Shown one piece after another: positions 1-13,779 of a stretch of 64,000 nucleotides of DNA (its first letter is position 1; each line of letters starts with the position of its first letter). Made by a program: the position numbers and the translations under genes. The notes beneath the pieces were generated by a model. The model saw only the letters and a list, made by a program, of their open reading frames with translations. It had not been told where the DNA came from and made no database searches. The stretch covers positions 203,801,741 to 203,865,740 of the forward strand of contig CM041465.1 in the NCBI GenBank assembly GCA_023213395.1, read 5' to 3'. Source of the stretch: Cycas panzhihuaensis (taxonomy: Eukaryota > Plantae > Cycadophyta).

Positions 1-449
1 TTCACCCTTAGCAAAATATATGTCGATCAATTGGATTTTTACCCCTAAGAAGTCATGAAGGTCTCTTAAGTCTATTATCTACCCTTACATTAGTTTTTCC
101 CCTCTATTCATTCTTCATTCATATCATATGCTCCCCCATTTGTACTGCTCATTTGAGTAATCTAGTTGATTTTGTATTATGCAAGCAACAAACAAAGAGT
201 AATTTTACATTGAATGAAGTATTGAAAGGAAAGAGGTAGATAGATTTAAGTCCAGATAACTAAGCTCAAAACTACTTGCTAAGCTACGAGATCAAAATGG
301 TGCATCCCCACACCTAGTGTTGCACAATTGTGCATTCACCTCACATAGGATGAACAAACTAGAGGGAAAACATTATACACTACATATTTGTTGGAGTCAT
401 GGTTTGTCCATAGTTGGTTAAAGAACCAGGTCTTTCCAGGGTCCTTATA
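1..449 (-). repeat. 3' LTR (partial) of the chromovirus
   Basis: Direct repeat of ~7746-8200 (ttcacc...agcaaaata... through ggtccttata versus ggtccttaca). Confidence 0.9.
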
Positions 450-463
450 TCCCTCTCCCTTTT
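450..463 (-). promoter_or_regulatory. Polypurine tract of the chromovirus
   Basis: Minus strand reads AAAAGGGAGAGGGA directly before the LTR start TATAAGGACC. Confidence 0.8.
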
Positions 464-489
464 GCAAAAGCATCCTCCTCGATGCGGCT

Positions 490-3400
490 TCATTCTACTA
501 CAAACAAGTGGGAATACTAGTACTGCATATCACTCTCTAACTCCCATGTTGCCTCTTCCAGTGTCAGGTGTTTCCACTGCGCTTTCACTTGTCTGAGGCT
601 CATATTTCGCAACATTCTCTCCCTTTCGTCTAATATCCTTAAACACATGTTTTGATGAATCTAGCACATACTTTTTTGGCAATGAAACATGGAAAACATT
701 GTGAATTTGTAGATTTGGTGGTAAAGCTAGTTTGTAGGCAACCTATCCAATTCATTCCAAGATCTCAAATGGACCACAGTATCTTGGTGAAAGTTTCTTG
801 CACATCCCTATGCTAAGAGAACTATGCTTGGGTCTTACCCACAGAAATACATGGTCTCCAACCTAAAATTCTCTGGCTATTCTCTTTAGGTCTACATAGC
901 TTTTTTGCCTATCTTGGGCTACCTTCAATTGCTGTCTAATGTTGACTACTTGCCTCTCCATTTCTTGTAGTATTTCTCGCTCTAACATGGACATGTCTTC
1001 CAGGTTCTCCTAGCTAAGAGGTGTGTTACATTTTCTGCCATACGATGCTTCAAAGGGACTCATACCCAAAGAGGAGTAAGTTGTATTATTGTAGGCAAAT
1101 TTTGTCAAATGAATATGGTTTTCCCAACTAATTGGTTGCTCCATTGTGTACATTTGCAGCAAGTCTTCAAGTACCCAATTCACCCTCTCTGTTTGCCCAT
1201 CGGTTTCAGGGTGGTAAGTTGTGCTAAACTTCAACTTTGTGCCCAATTCATGGAACATAGATCACCAAAATTTTGAAGTGAACTTGGCATGTTTGTTTGA
1301 TACAATTGCCTTAGGCACACCATGTAATCTTACTATCTCCTTCATGAATATGGCAGCAACATTTGAAGTAGTGTATGCGGTGCAAATTGGGATGAAATGT
1401 GCTAACTTGATTAGCTTGTCCATTGCCACCAAGATGGCATCATGTTGTTGAGAACATTTTGGCAAACGTATGCTAAAGCCCATGGTAATGGTCTCCCATT
1501 TCCATTCTAAAATGTCTAAAGGCTGTGATAGTCTTGCAAGGTGTCTATGTTCTACCTTGACCTTTTGATATGTTAAGCATTTTGTTACATAGCTTATAAC
1601 ATCATTCTTCATCCCAGGCCAACAAAACTATTTCTTTATTGTTGCATAGGTCTTATGGTAACCTAGATGGCCTGCATATGGAGTAACATGAACCTCTTGG
1701 ATGATCAATTTTCAAATGTCTGGATCTTGTGGCACATAAATTCTTTGCTGCTAGGTTATTGCACCATTCTCCATCACTTAGCGACTTGCATATTTTCGCA
1801 TTGATTGGGCTTCTTATTGATTTTGAGTTTGCTAGTCTTATATGGATTCTTTGGCTTGCTTGTAGTACTTATCATTTTCACAAGCTTTTAGGAAAGAATC
1901 CATTAAACTCAATTGCTTCATATTTAGTGTAGAAATGTATCTACGTCAACTCAAAGCATCTACCACCTTATTCTCCTTTTCATTGATGTATTGTGGACGA
2001 AAATCAAACTCACACAAGTACTCTATCCCTCTATGTTATCTCGCATTGAGATGGCGCTGTATGAATATGTGCTTAAGGCTGTCATGGTTTGTGCGAAGTT
2101 CAAAACTTTTTCCAAGTAAATAATGTCTCCATGCCTTATCTACATGCATAAATGCTGCTAATTCTATATCATATGTGGTGTAGTTCTTTTCATAGACCTT
2201 CAATTTTCTAGATTCATAGGAGACAACTTTGCCATCATGCATCAAGACTGCCCCCAAACCTTCCACACTAGCATCAGTGTAGACTAAGAAGTCCCGGTTC
2301 AAATCGGGCACTATGAGAATTGAAGCAGTAGTAAGCAAATGGTTCAATAGCTAGAACCTCTCCTCACATAGATCTATCCATACAAATTTAGCTCCCTTCT
2401 TTTTCAAAGAGGTGATTGGACCTACAATTATAAAAAAATTCTCTATATACCTCCTATACTAACCTACTAGTGTCATGAAGCTCCTCACGTTATGCGCATT
2501 TTTAGGTGATGGCCATTCCATAATGGATATAATCTTTTGGAGATCCACTAAAATTCCCACGTCTGAGATGACATGGCCCAAATAGTGTACCTTCTCTTTA
2601 TAAAATTCATACTTGCTTAGCTTGGCATATAATTTGTGCTCTCTAAGCAATTGTAATGCAATCCTCAAGTACTCTTCATGCTTTTCTTTTGATTTTGAAT
2701 AGATCAAAATGTCATCTATGAATACAATGACAAACCTATCTAAATATTTTTTGAATACATTGTTCATTAAGTACAGGAATGTTGTAGGTGCATTGGTTAA
2801 TCCAAATGCCATTACTAGGAATTCATAATGTCCATACTTGGTCCTAATGGAAGTCTTAAAAATAACATCCTCCTTGATTCAAATTTGATAATAACCTGAT
2901 CTCAGGTCTATCTTTGTAAATAGTTTGTCTCCCTTCATTTGATCAAACAAATATTCAATCCTGGGCAAGGGATATTTGTTCTTAACTATTGCCTTGTTTA
3001 GCTACCTGTAATCTATGCATAGTCTAAAAGTTCCATCCTTCTTTTTAACAAACAAGATTGGTGCTCCCCATGGTGAAACATTGGTCCTAACGAGGCCTTT
3101 GTCAAGCAGATCCTATAGTTGCATTTTTAATTTAGCCAATTTTGGTGTAGCCAGGAGATATGGTGCCTTGGAAAGTGGTTCTACCCTTGGCACAAGCTCA
3201 ATTGCATTGTCCACATCCCATTTGGGTGGTAATCCTAGCAACTCTTCTACAAATACATCTTTGATCTCTTGTATCACCAAATGATTCACTTAGTGAGGTT
3301 TTACAAGGGTCCCTTCTTCATTCACATGAACTACATAAGCTTGACTATGTTTCCTTAGGAATTTCTTCACCTGTTTTGTTGAAATCTACTAAATGCTGAT

Positions 3401-5100
3401 TGGAAGTTTCTTCTATTGGATGAGAGCAGGCTCTCTATCGTCGTTCATGCATCCAACCAACTTGTTATAGCAATCAATCTTTGCCCGATATTTTGTTAAC
3501 CATTCCAAGCCAATGATAGCATTATAGTCTCCTAATGGAAAATTTTGGAAGGTGACATAAGAAGACCATGTCTCCCACATCAATGGGCAAAAGGGGGCAT
3601 ACTCAATCACTTCTTATTTCCATTTGCCATATGTGCAGTCCACTTATCCTTGTGAGTTTGAGTCTTAAGGTTGCACTTTTCTACAATTCTAAGATGTAGG
3701 AAATTGTGGTTGCTTCCCGAGTCAATGAGTATGGTAAGCTTCTGTTCTAAGACCTTACAAATTGCTTACATCATGATGAATTGGTTATCAACTTGTCTCC
3801 CTTCAATTTTTGCACGCACATGCATGTATCCTACTTCTTGGGCTTTGTCTACCACAGTGGGTTGCAATTCTACATTACGAGCTCCTCTTCTTATTTCCAG
3901 CCTTTGTGGACAATTTGGAACATAGTGTCCTCGCTCATTACATTGATAACATCTTCCTTGCCCTAAATTTCTAGGGATATTCATGGATACTGAATTAGGC
4001 CTTGGGTTGCCTAATGGGTAGTTGAAATTTCTTGCACCTTGATTAAACCTTTATCGTCTGAAATCTCTCCTTGGAGGATCTTGTCTTGGCTACCATTTTC
4101 CTTTTCAAGCAACTTGCTTTATCTTATGGTTTTGTCTACTGCTCTTCACAACACCTAGCCTTTTGAATTTCCTCCTCTAAAGTCTTAGGCTTGTGAATTC
4201 TTATTCTGTTTTTGATGCTTTCATTCAATCCATTGATGAATCTACATGTCCTTACCTTCTCTTCCCATATGTATGGTGTATATTAGAGAAGCTCCATGAA
4301 TTCTCTCTTAAATTCATCCACTGTCAATCTCCCTTGCTTCAACTCATGGAAGGCTATTGTCCTTTTGTCATAGCATTATTCTAAAAATACTTCTACTTGA
4401 AATATTTAACAAACTCACTCCCCTTCATCTCTCTCTCTCGAATGTCCTTGACCCTTTTGTGATGCTCCCACCACAAGGATGCCTTGGCTATTAAGTTACA
4501 AATAACAATCCTTGCCTTCTTATTAGAGTTGAAATTATTTAGTCCAAAGTATTTATCAATGTTAAGTAGCCATACTTCAACTTCTCCTTCACTCTTGATT
4601 TCTACATTGAAGGTGGGTGACCTCACCATCCTCATCTCAAACTAGAGTGCACTTTTCTTGCCTTTTTGCTCCCCTCTCCTAGGTGTTTCATTAGAGGATT
4701 CAGTGCTTCTTATGTACTGCTCTTCATCATGCTCTCTAGCTTTCCTCTTGTTCCTTCTTCTTGAGTGATCATGAGTTGATGGCTCTCGAGGTCTACTTCT
4801 CCCATTGCTTCTGGTGTTCGAGCTCTCTCAATCCTTTCCTACTCAATGGTTTGTTGGATGTTGTGAAGCATTACCTCATGACTCCTCAAAATCCTTTCAT
4901 TGTCTTCCTTATAGCTCTTTAGCTATTCTTCCAGGCTACAAATAGTGTCCACCAAGGCCATTGAAATGTCATTCTATGAACTTCCTTTGTATCTTAGAAT
5001 CTCTTCAGCATTTATGTTTTTAAAACTAGGATCTTGTTGATCTTCATGAGCTAGTCAGGCATCATCCTTATAAAATGCTCCTCCTATCCTCATGGTATAT
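490..5100 (-). pseudogene. Chromovirus gag-pol, fragmented by stops and frameshifts
   Basis: Gag SPTFN...WLLNIDKYF...ASLWW (4393-4635); CCHC knuckle CYQCNERGHYVPNC; protease ILIDSGSNHNF (~3700-3735); RT MAFGLTNAP...VFIDDILIYS (2459-2812); RNase H YTDAS...YESRKLK (2036-2347); integrase YHPETDGQTERVN (1010-1258); GPF motif; chromodomain QVKAQWKHLTLEEATWELE (~490-600). The 5' limit is approximate. Confidence 0.9.
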
Positions 5101-5254
5101 TTTGCTCACCTGAATGGGATTTTCTCTTCTCGAGGCTAAGTGTTATTCATTTGCTATTTTTGTGCTCAAGTTTGGCAAACTGTCAAGTTTTTATCAGTTA
5201 CTGAAACTTTTGTTTTATAAATCTAGTAATCCCTTGGCAAGTTTCCACCTTGAA

Positions 5255-5266
5255 GCTTTGAGATCA
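5255..5266 (-). promoter_or_regulatory. Degenerate tRNA-iMet primer-binding site
   Basis: gctttgagatca versus consensus gctctgatacca, 4 nt from the LTR edge at 5271. Confidence 0.6.
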
Positions 5267-5270
5267 CCTC

Positions 5271-8200
5271 TGTAAGGGCCCCTCACCTTAACCAAGGCCA
5301 ACCAAAAGTTGAAATCAAAGTTATGCAAGTATGCACTACAGAAAACATATGCCCAAAGATGTTGCTAATTCAAGAGGTTAGTGATGTTTCCTAAAGATTC
5401 TCAAAACACATTCTCAACAATTATGTACTTCAGAAAAGATGACAAGTATCATAGCATTTCATTCCACTATTAGGACATCTTATACACACTAAAGCTTGAA
5501 TATAAGGGGGACCAACCAAATCATTGAAATGGATTCATTGCCCAACCAACTAAATTCCTAAACGGGAAAACACCCCTAAGCTAAAGCACATAATATGAAC
5601 ATTAGAGTACCGATAAGTCATTCAACTCTCAATCCACAACTTGACCTAATGTCTTCTTTGGTCACAAAATTGTAACAAAACACTGTTGAACTATTTCTAA
5701 ACTTTCTCCTGCACTCACTTTATGCAACTCTATTTGGAAATATCATACCACGTATGGTTCATTGTTGAATCAATCTCTTTGGACTATCTCTCTAGGTGAA
5801 CCGCATGTCCCATACCATGCAATGTAGGACAATAATCTTGCATGAATTGTCCTTGGCTCTAATATCAATAGGTTGTGTGTTTCATAGCACACAATGCTCA
5901 CCAAAAATAAAGTTAAGAAACTATATCTTGCAGGCATTTCTCATGCACATTAGGATAAACAAGGAGAGGACTCACTCAACCCTTGAGGGGACTTACTCAA
6001 CCCTCACCAATTGGAGGAAAGGGCACTCACTCAACCCAAATTCCTTTCATAATATCGAGGGGACTCACTCAACTCTCAGGGCATGGGAACTCACTCAACC
6101 CAAACCCTATAAGCCAAACTATAATTTAGCACTTTCAAAATAGTCCAATGAATAACACAGTAATAGACACACACATTCATGCCTTTTGTCAAATTTCTCC
6201 CTTGCATGGGATAGAGATAAGCCTAAGAGATTTCCCTGTGTGCAAATTTATCTATAATGTAACACTATTCCAATGTATATTTCTACAAAACACACTTAAG
6301 CCAATTTTTGCAAAATTTCCACTGTTGAAAACTCATAGAAATCCTTTTGTCTAATTCAATTAACATCCTTTCCAAACTCCTATAAATATGAGCTTGAAGC
6401 TTAGTCCTCGGTTTCAGATAATATCCCCGGTAGCTCTCTTGGCTATACCCTGCCCCTACTCCATGCACCCAACTCAATGTTACTCTACCCATGGTGAAGA
6501 AACGCAAAAGACCAAAAGAAGGAATTCAGATGGGCAAGAGGTAATGGATATGCAAATACCTTTTCTTCTTCCTTTTCAGGCTATATCTATGGTTCTGGGC
6601 CAGTCAATTTACCCTCATTAATGCCACTAAGGCTCGATGGATGGCTCTGGCCTATGGTGGGCATACTAGGGTTAATGGTTATTATAGTTGGTATTACTAT
6701 TATGCACTTCTCATCCAAAATATCTTTCTGTGGATGTCTTCATACATCCCCCTTCCTACATAGGCATTCTAGCACCTTCAATGCCTATCCAACAAATCTG
6801 ATTTTTGTATTAATCTTTTCCTTGGTGAGAAGGTTCTGGGCAAATATGTAAATACTTGCCAATTGTGCCCTTTACTTTGTCTTAATGTACTCTCGATACT
6901 TAGGCAATTTGTATACCTCACTTTTGCATGGAAAATTCATTATTCTTGTCTGAGAAGGCCAATCTTCAATTGAGAATTCTTTCGCATCTCGAATCACTCA
7001 AATCCATCCTCTATTGCATGAGTTATAGTCCTTCCTTGGAGGCTTGAAAATTGAGGTTTTACTTTGAAATCCCTTGTTTTGACATTTTCATGACCATATG
7101 TGTTGATGTTTGGGCTCAGTGACCCATTTGTGAAGTTGCAAAGGATGTTCATTTGTTTGTGCCTTTGTTTCATGTATTTGCATTTGTTTTTTTTGTGTTT
7201 TCCCCTTAGCTACTCATTTTCAAGGTTCCAAAAAGTTTGCATTTTACCCATCTTCTTTCATTTTGGAATTTTGGGACTTAATCTTTGTGTTTCTACTCCT
7301 GGAAGCCCACTTGCAAAATTGTGAGACTCTTCTTTGTTTATTGTTTTGCACTACACAATTTCAAGATTTTAGCTTGTAATTGTACTCTAGCCCACATGTT
7401 TGTTAGCAAGAGAGTGACATTAGTTGTGACATCATTTCGCAACTTCGCAATTGGGTGACCTTTATTTTGTAGCTTTGGAGTTGGATCCTCAAGTGCCCAC
7501 ATTCAACGACTCATTAGCAAAATTGCGAGAAGCCTTTTACTCGCAATCCGCCTTTGTAATTTTGAAATCCAATCTCCTTAAGTCTTCACTAGATGACTCA
7601 TTTGCGAATTTGCAAGGAGTCTCCTGCTTGAAAAATTCAGCTTGGAGGATCACTTCAAATTTTCATAAATTCTCTCTCTGATGTCTAATCTCAGTGTTCT
7701 GCCACTTGTTGGAAAGCTGAAAACTTTCTCTTTGACATGGTGGATTCACCTTTAGCAAAATATGTGTTGATCAATTAGATTTTGTAACCCTAAGAGGTTA
7801 TGAAGTTCTCTAAGTCTATTATTTACACTTACATTAGATTTTTCCTTATATTCATCCTTCGTTCATATCATGTGCTCCCCCATTCGTACTAGCCATTTGA
7901 GTAATTTGGTTGCTTTGTATTATGCAAGCAACAAACAAATAGTAATTTGACATTGAATGAAGTGTTGAAAGAAAAGAGATAGATATCTTTAAGTGCAGAT
8001 GGATTACAATCTAAACTCAAAATTGCTCACTAAGCTAAGAGAACAAAATGGTGCATACCCACACCTAGTGTTGCACAATTGTGCATTCCCCTCACATGGG
8101 ATGAACAAACTAGAAAGACAACATTATACATTACATATTTATTAGAGTCATGGTCTGCTCGTAGTTGGTTAAGGAATCGCTTCTTTACAGGGTCCTTACA
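5271..8200 (-). repeat. 5' LTR of the chromovirus (~2.93 kb)
   Basis: Termini TGTAAGGGCC...GGTCCTTACA form a 10-bp near-perfect inverted repeat. The right end matches 1-449 and the PBS is adjacent. Confidence 0.85.
5968..6101. repeat. Five dispersed copies of a GGACTCACTCAACCC-like motif inside the chromovirus LTR
   Basis: Copies start near 5968, 5989, 6023, 6061 and 6087. Confidence 0.8.
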
Positions 8201-8547
8201 ATGTTGGGTTCTTCTATTGGTCCAGTCTTGTGGCACTCAAGGTTGAATTCACAATATCCCTCAAAAATAGTATTATTAATATTCATTGGTCTAAAAAATT
8301 GACTTCACAATATGTTTTGAGATTTTGTGTCTCTCCATCCTCTTCATTTTCACTATAAATACCCTCATTACCTTCACTTTTGAGATGACATCTTGATAAG
8401 ATCTTGACGAGATGACCTGATGTTGTCACCATCCCCTGCTTGTTGATGCTCAAGTAAGGTGCTTTAGATCATTCTTGTTGTGGAACCAACATCAATATAT
8501 TTGGTTTTATCTCTCTCTTTCTCATTTCACTTTTAATTTATTTATTT

Positions 8548-8552
<5 letters not shown>

Positions 8553-8616
<64 letters not shown>
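8553..8616. repeat. (TA)32 microsatellite
   Basis: Perfect TA run abutting the LINE tail. Confidence 0.97.
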
Positions 8617-8621
<5 letters not shown>

Positions 8622-8874
8622 TTATTTATTTATTTATTTCAATATGGTTTAAATTAATGGGGAATTTAGAAGGGGATCCCAACCCCTTTACACCATCTGC
8701 TTGATAGGCCTGCAATAACTGCCGTGACAAGCCCACGGCCTAGCTAACCCCCCAATCACTAAACAGTTACAATCCCCCCGCGCCACCAACAAGCTTGGTG
8801 GCTAGCTCGAAAGTGCCATGACATGCCTAATATCTAGAAGATCTACCTAAGGTCAATGCCCTCTAAATCCTTTC

Positions 8875-11800
8875 TCACAGACCCAAAATCCCTTCAAGAA
8901 TCATATCCCTCCAGTGTTCGTTCCTTTTAGCCTGAATCCCCCAGTTAGTCAACCCATCAGCCACCCCGTTACCTTCTCTGTAGGTGTGCTTAATTTGACT
9001 ATCAAGTCTTCCTTTAAGGGACTCCCTAGCATCATTTATCAAAGCTCTATATCTCCAATCCAAGGCCACTTCCCCTCTGACTAGTTTTATTATGTTCAAC
9101 GAGTCCGCTTCTAGGATGACCCCATCATGATCCTCTAAGGAGATCAACTCCACCGCTTTATGCATAGTCTCCATCTCAACACAATGATTGGTTTGGGGGC
9201 CATGATAGTCTGCAAAGGCCCAAATCACCATCCCTTCCGCATTTCTACAGACCCTGCCTCCTTCTGCTTCACCAGGGTTACCTTTCGCAGCTCCATCAAA
9301 ATTTACTTTCACCCAACCCACCCGGGGGGGGGGGGGGGTCCCACTTGCACACCCTTTTTTGTTTCATTTTAACTTTGGAGCCAATTCCCCATTTTTCCAA
9401 AATCTTCCTTTCATCAGGCGGGAAAGATTTTCCTCCTTGACATTAAGGATCTCTCTCAAGGCCCCAATGATCCTCCCGAACAGATGTGACTCTTCCATAC
9501 ACTTGTCTTGAAAAATTCTTCTATTCCTTTCTTTCCATATGTTCCACATCATCATAGGTAACCATGCTCGCCAAAGGAACTGCACCGCTCTACTCATGAA
9601 GGGACCAATCCAGGAAGAGGCTAGATACTTCACCCTACGAGGAAGAACCCACTCAACCCCAAAAGTGTTCCACAACATCTTCCACACCTCCCTAGAGTAG
9701 GAGCAGTGTAGCAATATGTGGTCAATGGACTCCTCCTCCACCCTACACAAGATACATCTATTGACCATGACAAACCCTCATTTCTTGAGATTGTCCATGG
9801 TTAAGATTTTATTGTTTAAACAGAGCCACCAAAAGATAACTACCTTGGGGATAAGGCCCATCTTCCAGACACCTCTTAACAACTTATTATCTATGATACC
9901 TTTTTATAATAGCAAAAACAAATATCCCGTCTTCAACAAATAATCCCTAGAAGGGGTCCCAGGCCAACCCATCACACATTCCTTGGGGAATCTCGGGATG
10001 TAATTTTTGGCTAGCTCGTTTCTCAGGGCTTCTATTTGGTCTTTTCCCCCACTGTTGAGGGGAAGTCCTCAAAATGTCTCCAATTCTTAGAACCCCCACA
10101 ATGTTCCCAATAATCCTTGACTTTCCTCCCATAAATCCTCTCACAGGGATTCTAGATCAAACCTAAGGTGGGTCTCTCCTTCAGTTGAGGCCTCCCACAC
10201 CAAACATCCTCCCAGAGGTTGATCTTTTCACCATTCCCCAAACTCCACAGGGTTCTAACTGCAAGCATCTTCCTCACATAGATGAGGCTTCTCCATATCA
10301 CATAACCACCCTTTCCTGAAAGCTCATCCCTTAGGTACTTATTTCCCCTAAGGTATTTCTGGAACATAATATTGCATCACAGTTTGTTATCCTCCTTAGC
10401 CAAGCTCCATCCTAGCATCGCCATCAAAGCCCTATTAAAGCAAGCTATGTCTTTCACATTTAGCCCACCCGCTCGCTTTGGAAGGCAAACTTTCTCCCAA
10501 GCTGCAAGATGAATTTTGTCCCTGTCCTCCACTCTCGACCACAGGAACCTCTTTGAATAGACTCGAGGTCACTAATAATCTTGGCCGGACACCTAAATAG
10601 GGACATCATATAGGTTGGAATGCTCTGGAGAGAGGTAGTCAATAATTGAAATTTGCCAGCTTGGCTCAGTAAACCCCCTTTCCAACCCGCCAGCTTCCTT
10701 TGGACCCGATTAATAGGTTTCCAAAGCTCCTTCTCCATTTTACCCACGAATAGGGGCATACCAAGGTACAAGGTAGGAAGCTTTCGAATAGGCATTCCCA
10801 GAATCCTACTAATAGCACCCTCGGTTTTGTCCAGGGTATTCGGGAAAAAAATACTGCTTTTATTCAAATTGATCTTCTAGTTTGTAGCCTCCTCAAACCG
10901 ATCTAGCTTGGACTTAATAGCTCTAGCCTCCGCAAGGGCAGCCTTGCCCAATAAAATATTATCATCCGCAAAATGACAGTGAACAATATTTCCCACTCCC
11001 GATGTGGGCTTTAACCCCATAATCTTTCTAGTCCTCCTAGCTTCCTCTAGGGCCCTCCCCAACATTATGGCCATGATAATAAAAAGATAAGGGGCTAGGG
11101 GGTCCCCTTGTCGCAAACCTTTGAAGCCTGGGAAGAAAATCATCAACATGCCATTGACCATCACAGAAAATTTTGGACTAGATATGCAGTTAAATATCCA
11201 ATTCCCTACCCGGTCACTGAACCTAAAACCTCTCATGCATTCCTTCAAGCAGTCCCACAAGACTCTATCGTAGGCCTTAAAGAGATCAATTTTAACAATC
11301 ATACCAGCTTCCTTCCTCTAAATCGTAGGGTGGTCCGTTTCGTGAACCACCACTATACCATCCAAAATCTGTCTTCCTTTTACAAATCCATCCTAATTGT
11401 GTGATATAATTAGAGGGAGGATTCCTTTTAGTCTGTTGGCAAGGATCTTCGCTAAGATTTTGTATTTCACATTGCACATGCTTATCAGCCTGAAGTCTTC
11501 CATTCTTTTCACATCCCCTTTCTTTGAGATAAGAACCAGGAAGGTAGCTTGCCATTCCCCGTGGATTTTGCCATTCGCATGAAAATCAGAGACTGCTTCA
11601 AGGAGATCATCCTTGATAATATCCCAATACTCTTGGAAAAAGCCTGGGGGGAAGCCATCAGGTCCTGGAGCCTTCTCCCTCTTCATTCTCACTTCTTCCA
11701 AAGAAAAGGGGGCTTCAAGGGCTCTATTTAAGTCTTCCCCAACTTTCTTGGGGATCATATCCAGCATCTCTCTCCTAGCCTCTACATCAAGGCACCCGGG

Positions 11801-13031
11801 CTCGTTAAATAAGTCCCTGAAATAATCCACCGCAACATCCTTCATACCTCTCTAGTCTGAGACTTCCACCCCTTCCCTATTAGTCAACACCTTAATATGA
11901 TTATAAGTTATGTGCTTCAAAGTGGTCATAAGAAAAAATTTTGTATTTCTGTCACCTTCGACCAACCACAAGGCCCTAGATTTTTGTCTCCAGTGAATTT
12001 CTTCGTTTAGAAGAGTCTCCTCCAACTTGCTTAATAGACCTCTTTCGTTTTGGTCTAAGAGAGGGGATCTCCCTTCTTCTTGAATCCTCATCTCCAGATC
12101 CTTGAGCTCCTCCATTATCTGGTTCTTGATTCCAAATATGTTCCCATGGGTTTCCTTATTCCAATCTTTCACTTGCCTCTTCACCTGCCTCAACTTATTG
12201 GAGAATCTGAACATTGCACAACCTTCCGCCGGAGTCTTCCACCAATCTGCAATCAGATCGCGAAGGCCTGGCTCCTTTGTCCACATCAACTCAAATCTAA
12301 AAGGTGTACCCATGTATCTCTTGTTGTCTTCAAAGGTCAAGGCTAAAGGGGCGTGTTCCAACATTGATTTGGGCATAGCTTCAAGAATGATATGACTATA
12401 CTGGCTAGCTCAAGCATAGTTTATCAATACTCTGTCCAACCTGACCTGAATGTGGTACTTGCCCAATCTTCTGTTTGACCAAGTATATTTAGGGCCTCTA
12501 AGAGGGATGTCCATCACTCCCCCTTTTTGCATTAACACCCCAGATCCTCCATGCTCTTAGACCATCCCCCTGCCCCCTTTTCTTTTCACCAGGCAATAAA
12601 GTCGTATTAAAATCCCTAGCAATCACCCAAGGACCCCCCCAGTCCTTATGGGCTTTGAACATCCTGTTCCACAAGCAATTTCTCCCATCCTACGTTAAGG
12701 GGGCATGCACATTTGATACCAACCATTTTAGATTGGACTTTTTGCAGGTCATCCAAGTTTATATGAAATGCTCCTCAGATATATAGGTCTCCCCTTCCCA
12801 GTTTCTGGGGTTCCACATGATGACCAAGCCACCAAACCCTCTGCTCCCATCTCTCACACATATCCCAACTCCCCTCCAAACCTTGTTTATAACTACATCT
12901 CTGTTTCCTACCTCTGATTTGGTTTCCTGAAAGAGGAGAATATCCACCCCATGGTTAGTTCGAAGATCTCTAACCATTCTCTGTTTGGAAGGGGCGTTCA
13001 TACCCCGAATGTTCCAAGAGACTAGTTTCAT
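8875..13031 (-). pseudogene. LINE ORF2 (AP endonuclease, reverse transcriptase, zf-RVT, RNase H), frameshifted
   Basis: MKLVSWNIRGMN; KAPGPDGF; KGLRQGDPLAPYLF; FADD; CILC...ESIDHILLHC; WVKVNFDGAAKGNPG...HTYREGNGVAD. Confidence 0.92.
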
Positions 13032-13117
13032 AATGATCTCTCCCCTCGCCTTCCTCTGGTCTATCATCTTTTACTCCTTAATTTGGGCCCCTGCCCTCCT
13101 CCATCCCTTAGAGTGCG

Positions 13118-13779
13118 CTAGCTCCCTTGGTCTATCTGGATGGCTGCCTCCCTCTCTCTCAGCACTTTAGAAGAAGGTCTCTTGGGTCTCTTTTCACTTC
13201 CAAAGTTAGGACCTTTAGCAAGTTCCTTAAGGTCCTCTTGAAGTCCTTTCCTAACTTTCCAAACCTTCTCTATTTTCCCTAGATCCTCCTGAGGGGGTGC
13301 TTGCTCTTCCATCTGAGGATCTCCCTTCTCCACATTTGGAGTCGCTTTTCCTGATATACTAGTGTCAGGCTCCTTCTCATTACCTTCGGTGATGGGGTTT
13401 TTGTTGCCCTCTACCCTCACTTCCACCTCCCCTTCTTTAAAGAGGGTATCCTCCTCCAGGTCCATATCTTTCTTGGCCTCAATAAGAGCTTGTTCCTCTA
13501 CCTATTCCCCAACTTCTATTAGAGTGATAACCCCAATCTCTTTCCCAATTTCTGAAGGGGCCTAATCCTCGTTCTTCTCCTCATCAACTCTTGCAAGAGG
13601 TATAACCTGCTTGTCTTTATCCTCTTTCGTCTCCACTTCCTGAGGAGCCGAGAGTTTCCTAGGATCCCCAGAGCAGTTTTATGGAAGGTGACCTAGGCGC
13701 TTGCAAGCAGAGCATCTCATGTTCTCCAGTTCGAGTAATAGTTTTTGATCTCTACATCATCCTTCTCCCTTAATTATCA
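13118..13779 (-). pseudogene. LINE ORF1 C-terminal remnant
   Basis: RCSACKRLGHLP*NC (CX2CX4HX4C) at ~13675-13720, followed by an acidic/basic low-complexity tail (13118-13465). Confidence 0.8.

Larger units (their letters stand above)
1..8200 (-). mobile_element. Ty3/Gypsy chromovirus-type LTR retrotransposon (Tekay/Del-like), decayed; 3' LTR truncated by the window edge
   Basis: Minus-strand order gag-zinc knuckle-PR-RT-RNaseH-IN-chromodomain. Bases 1-449 match 7746-8200. A degenerate PBS lies at 5255-5266 and a PPT at 450-463. Confidence 0.93.
8617..13779 (-). mobile_element. Plant L1-clade LINE with RNase H, 5'-truncated within ORF1
   Basis: ORF1 zinc knuckle; ORF2 with APE-RT-zf-RNaseH; (TAAA)n tail at 8617-8640; candidate TSD CTCATATAT at 8549-8557 and 13780-13788. 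Confidence 0.93.

Noticed and set aside
5968-6101. Repeat-spacer pattern resembling a CRISPR array
   Set aside because: The repeats are short and degenerate with very unequal spacers, sit inside a plant LTR, and have no cas genes nearby.
8475-8657. ORF with YIYIYI repeat
   Set aside because: It is a translation of the (TA)n microsatellite.
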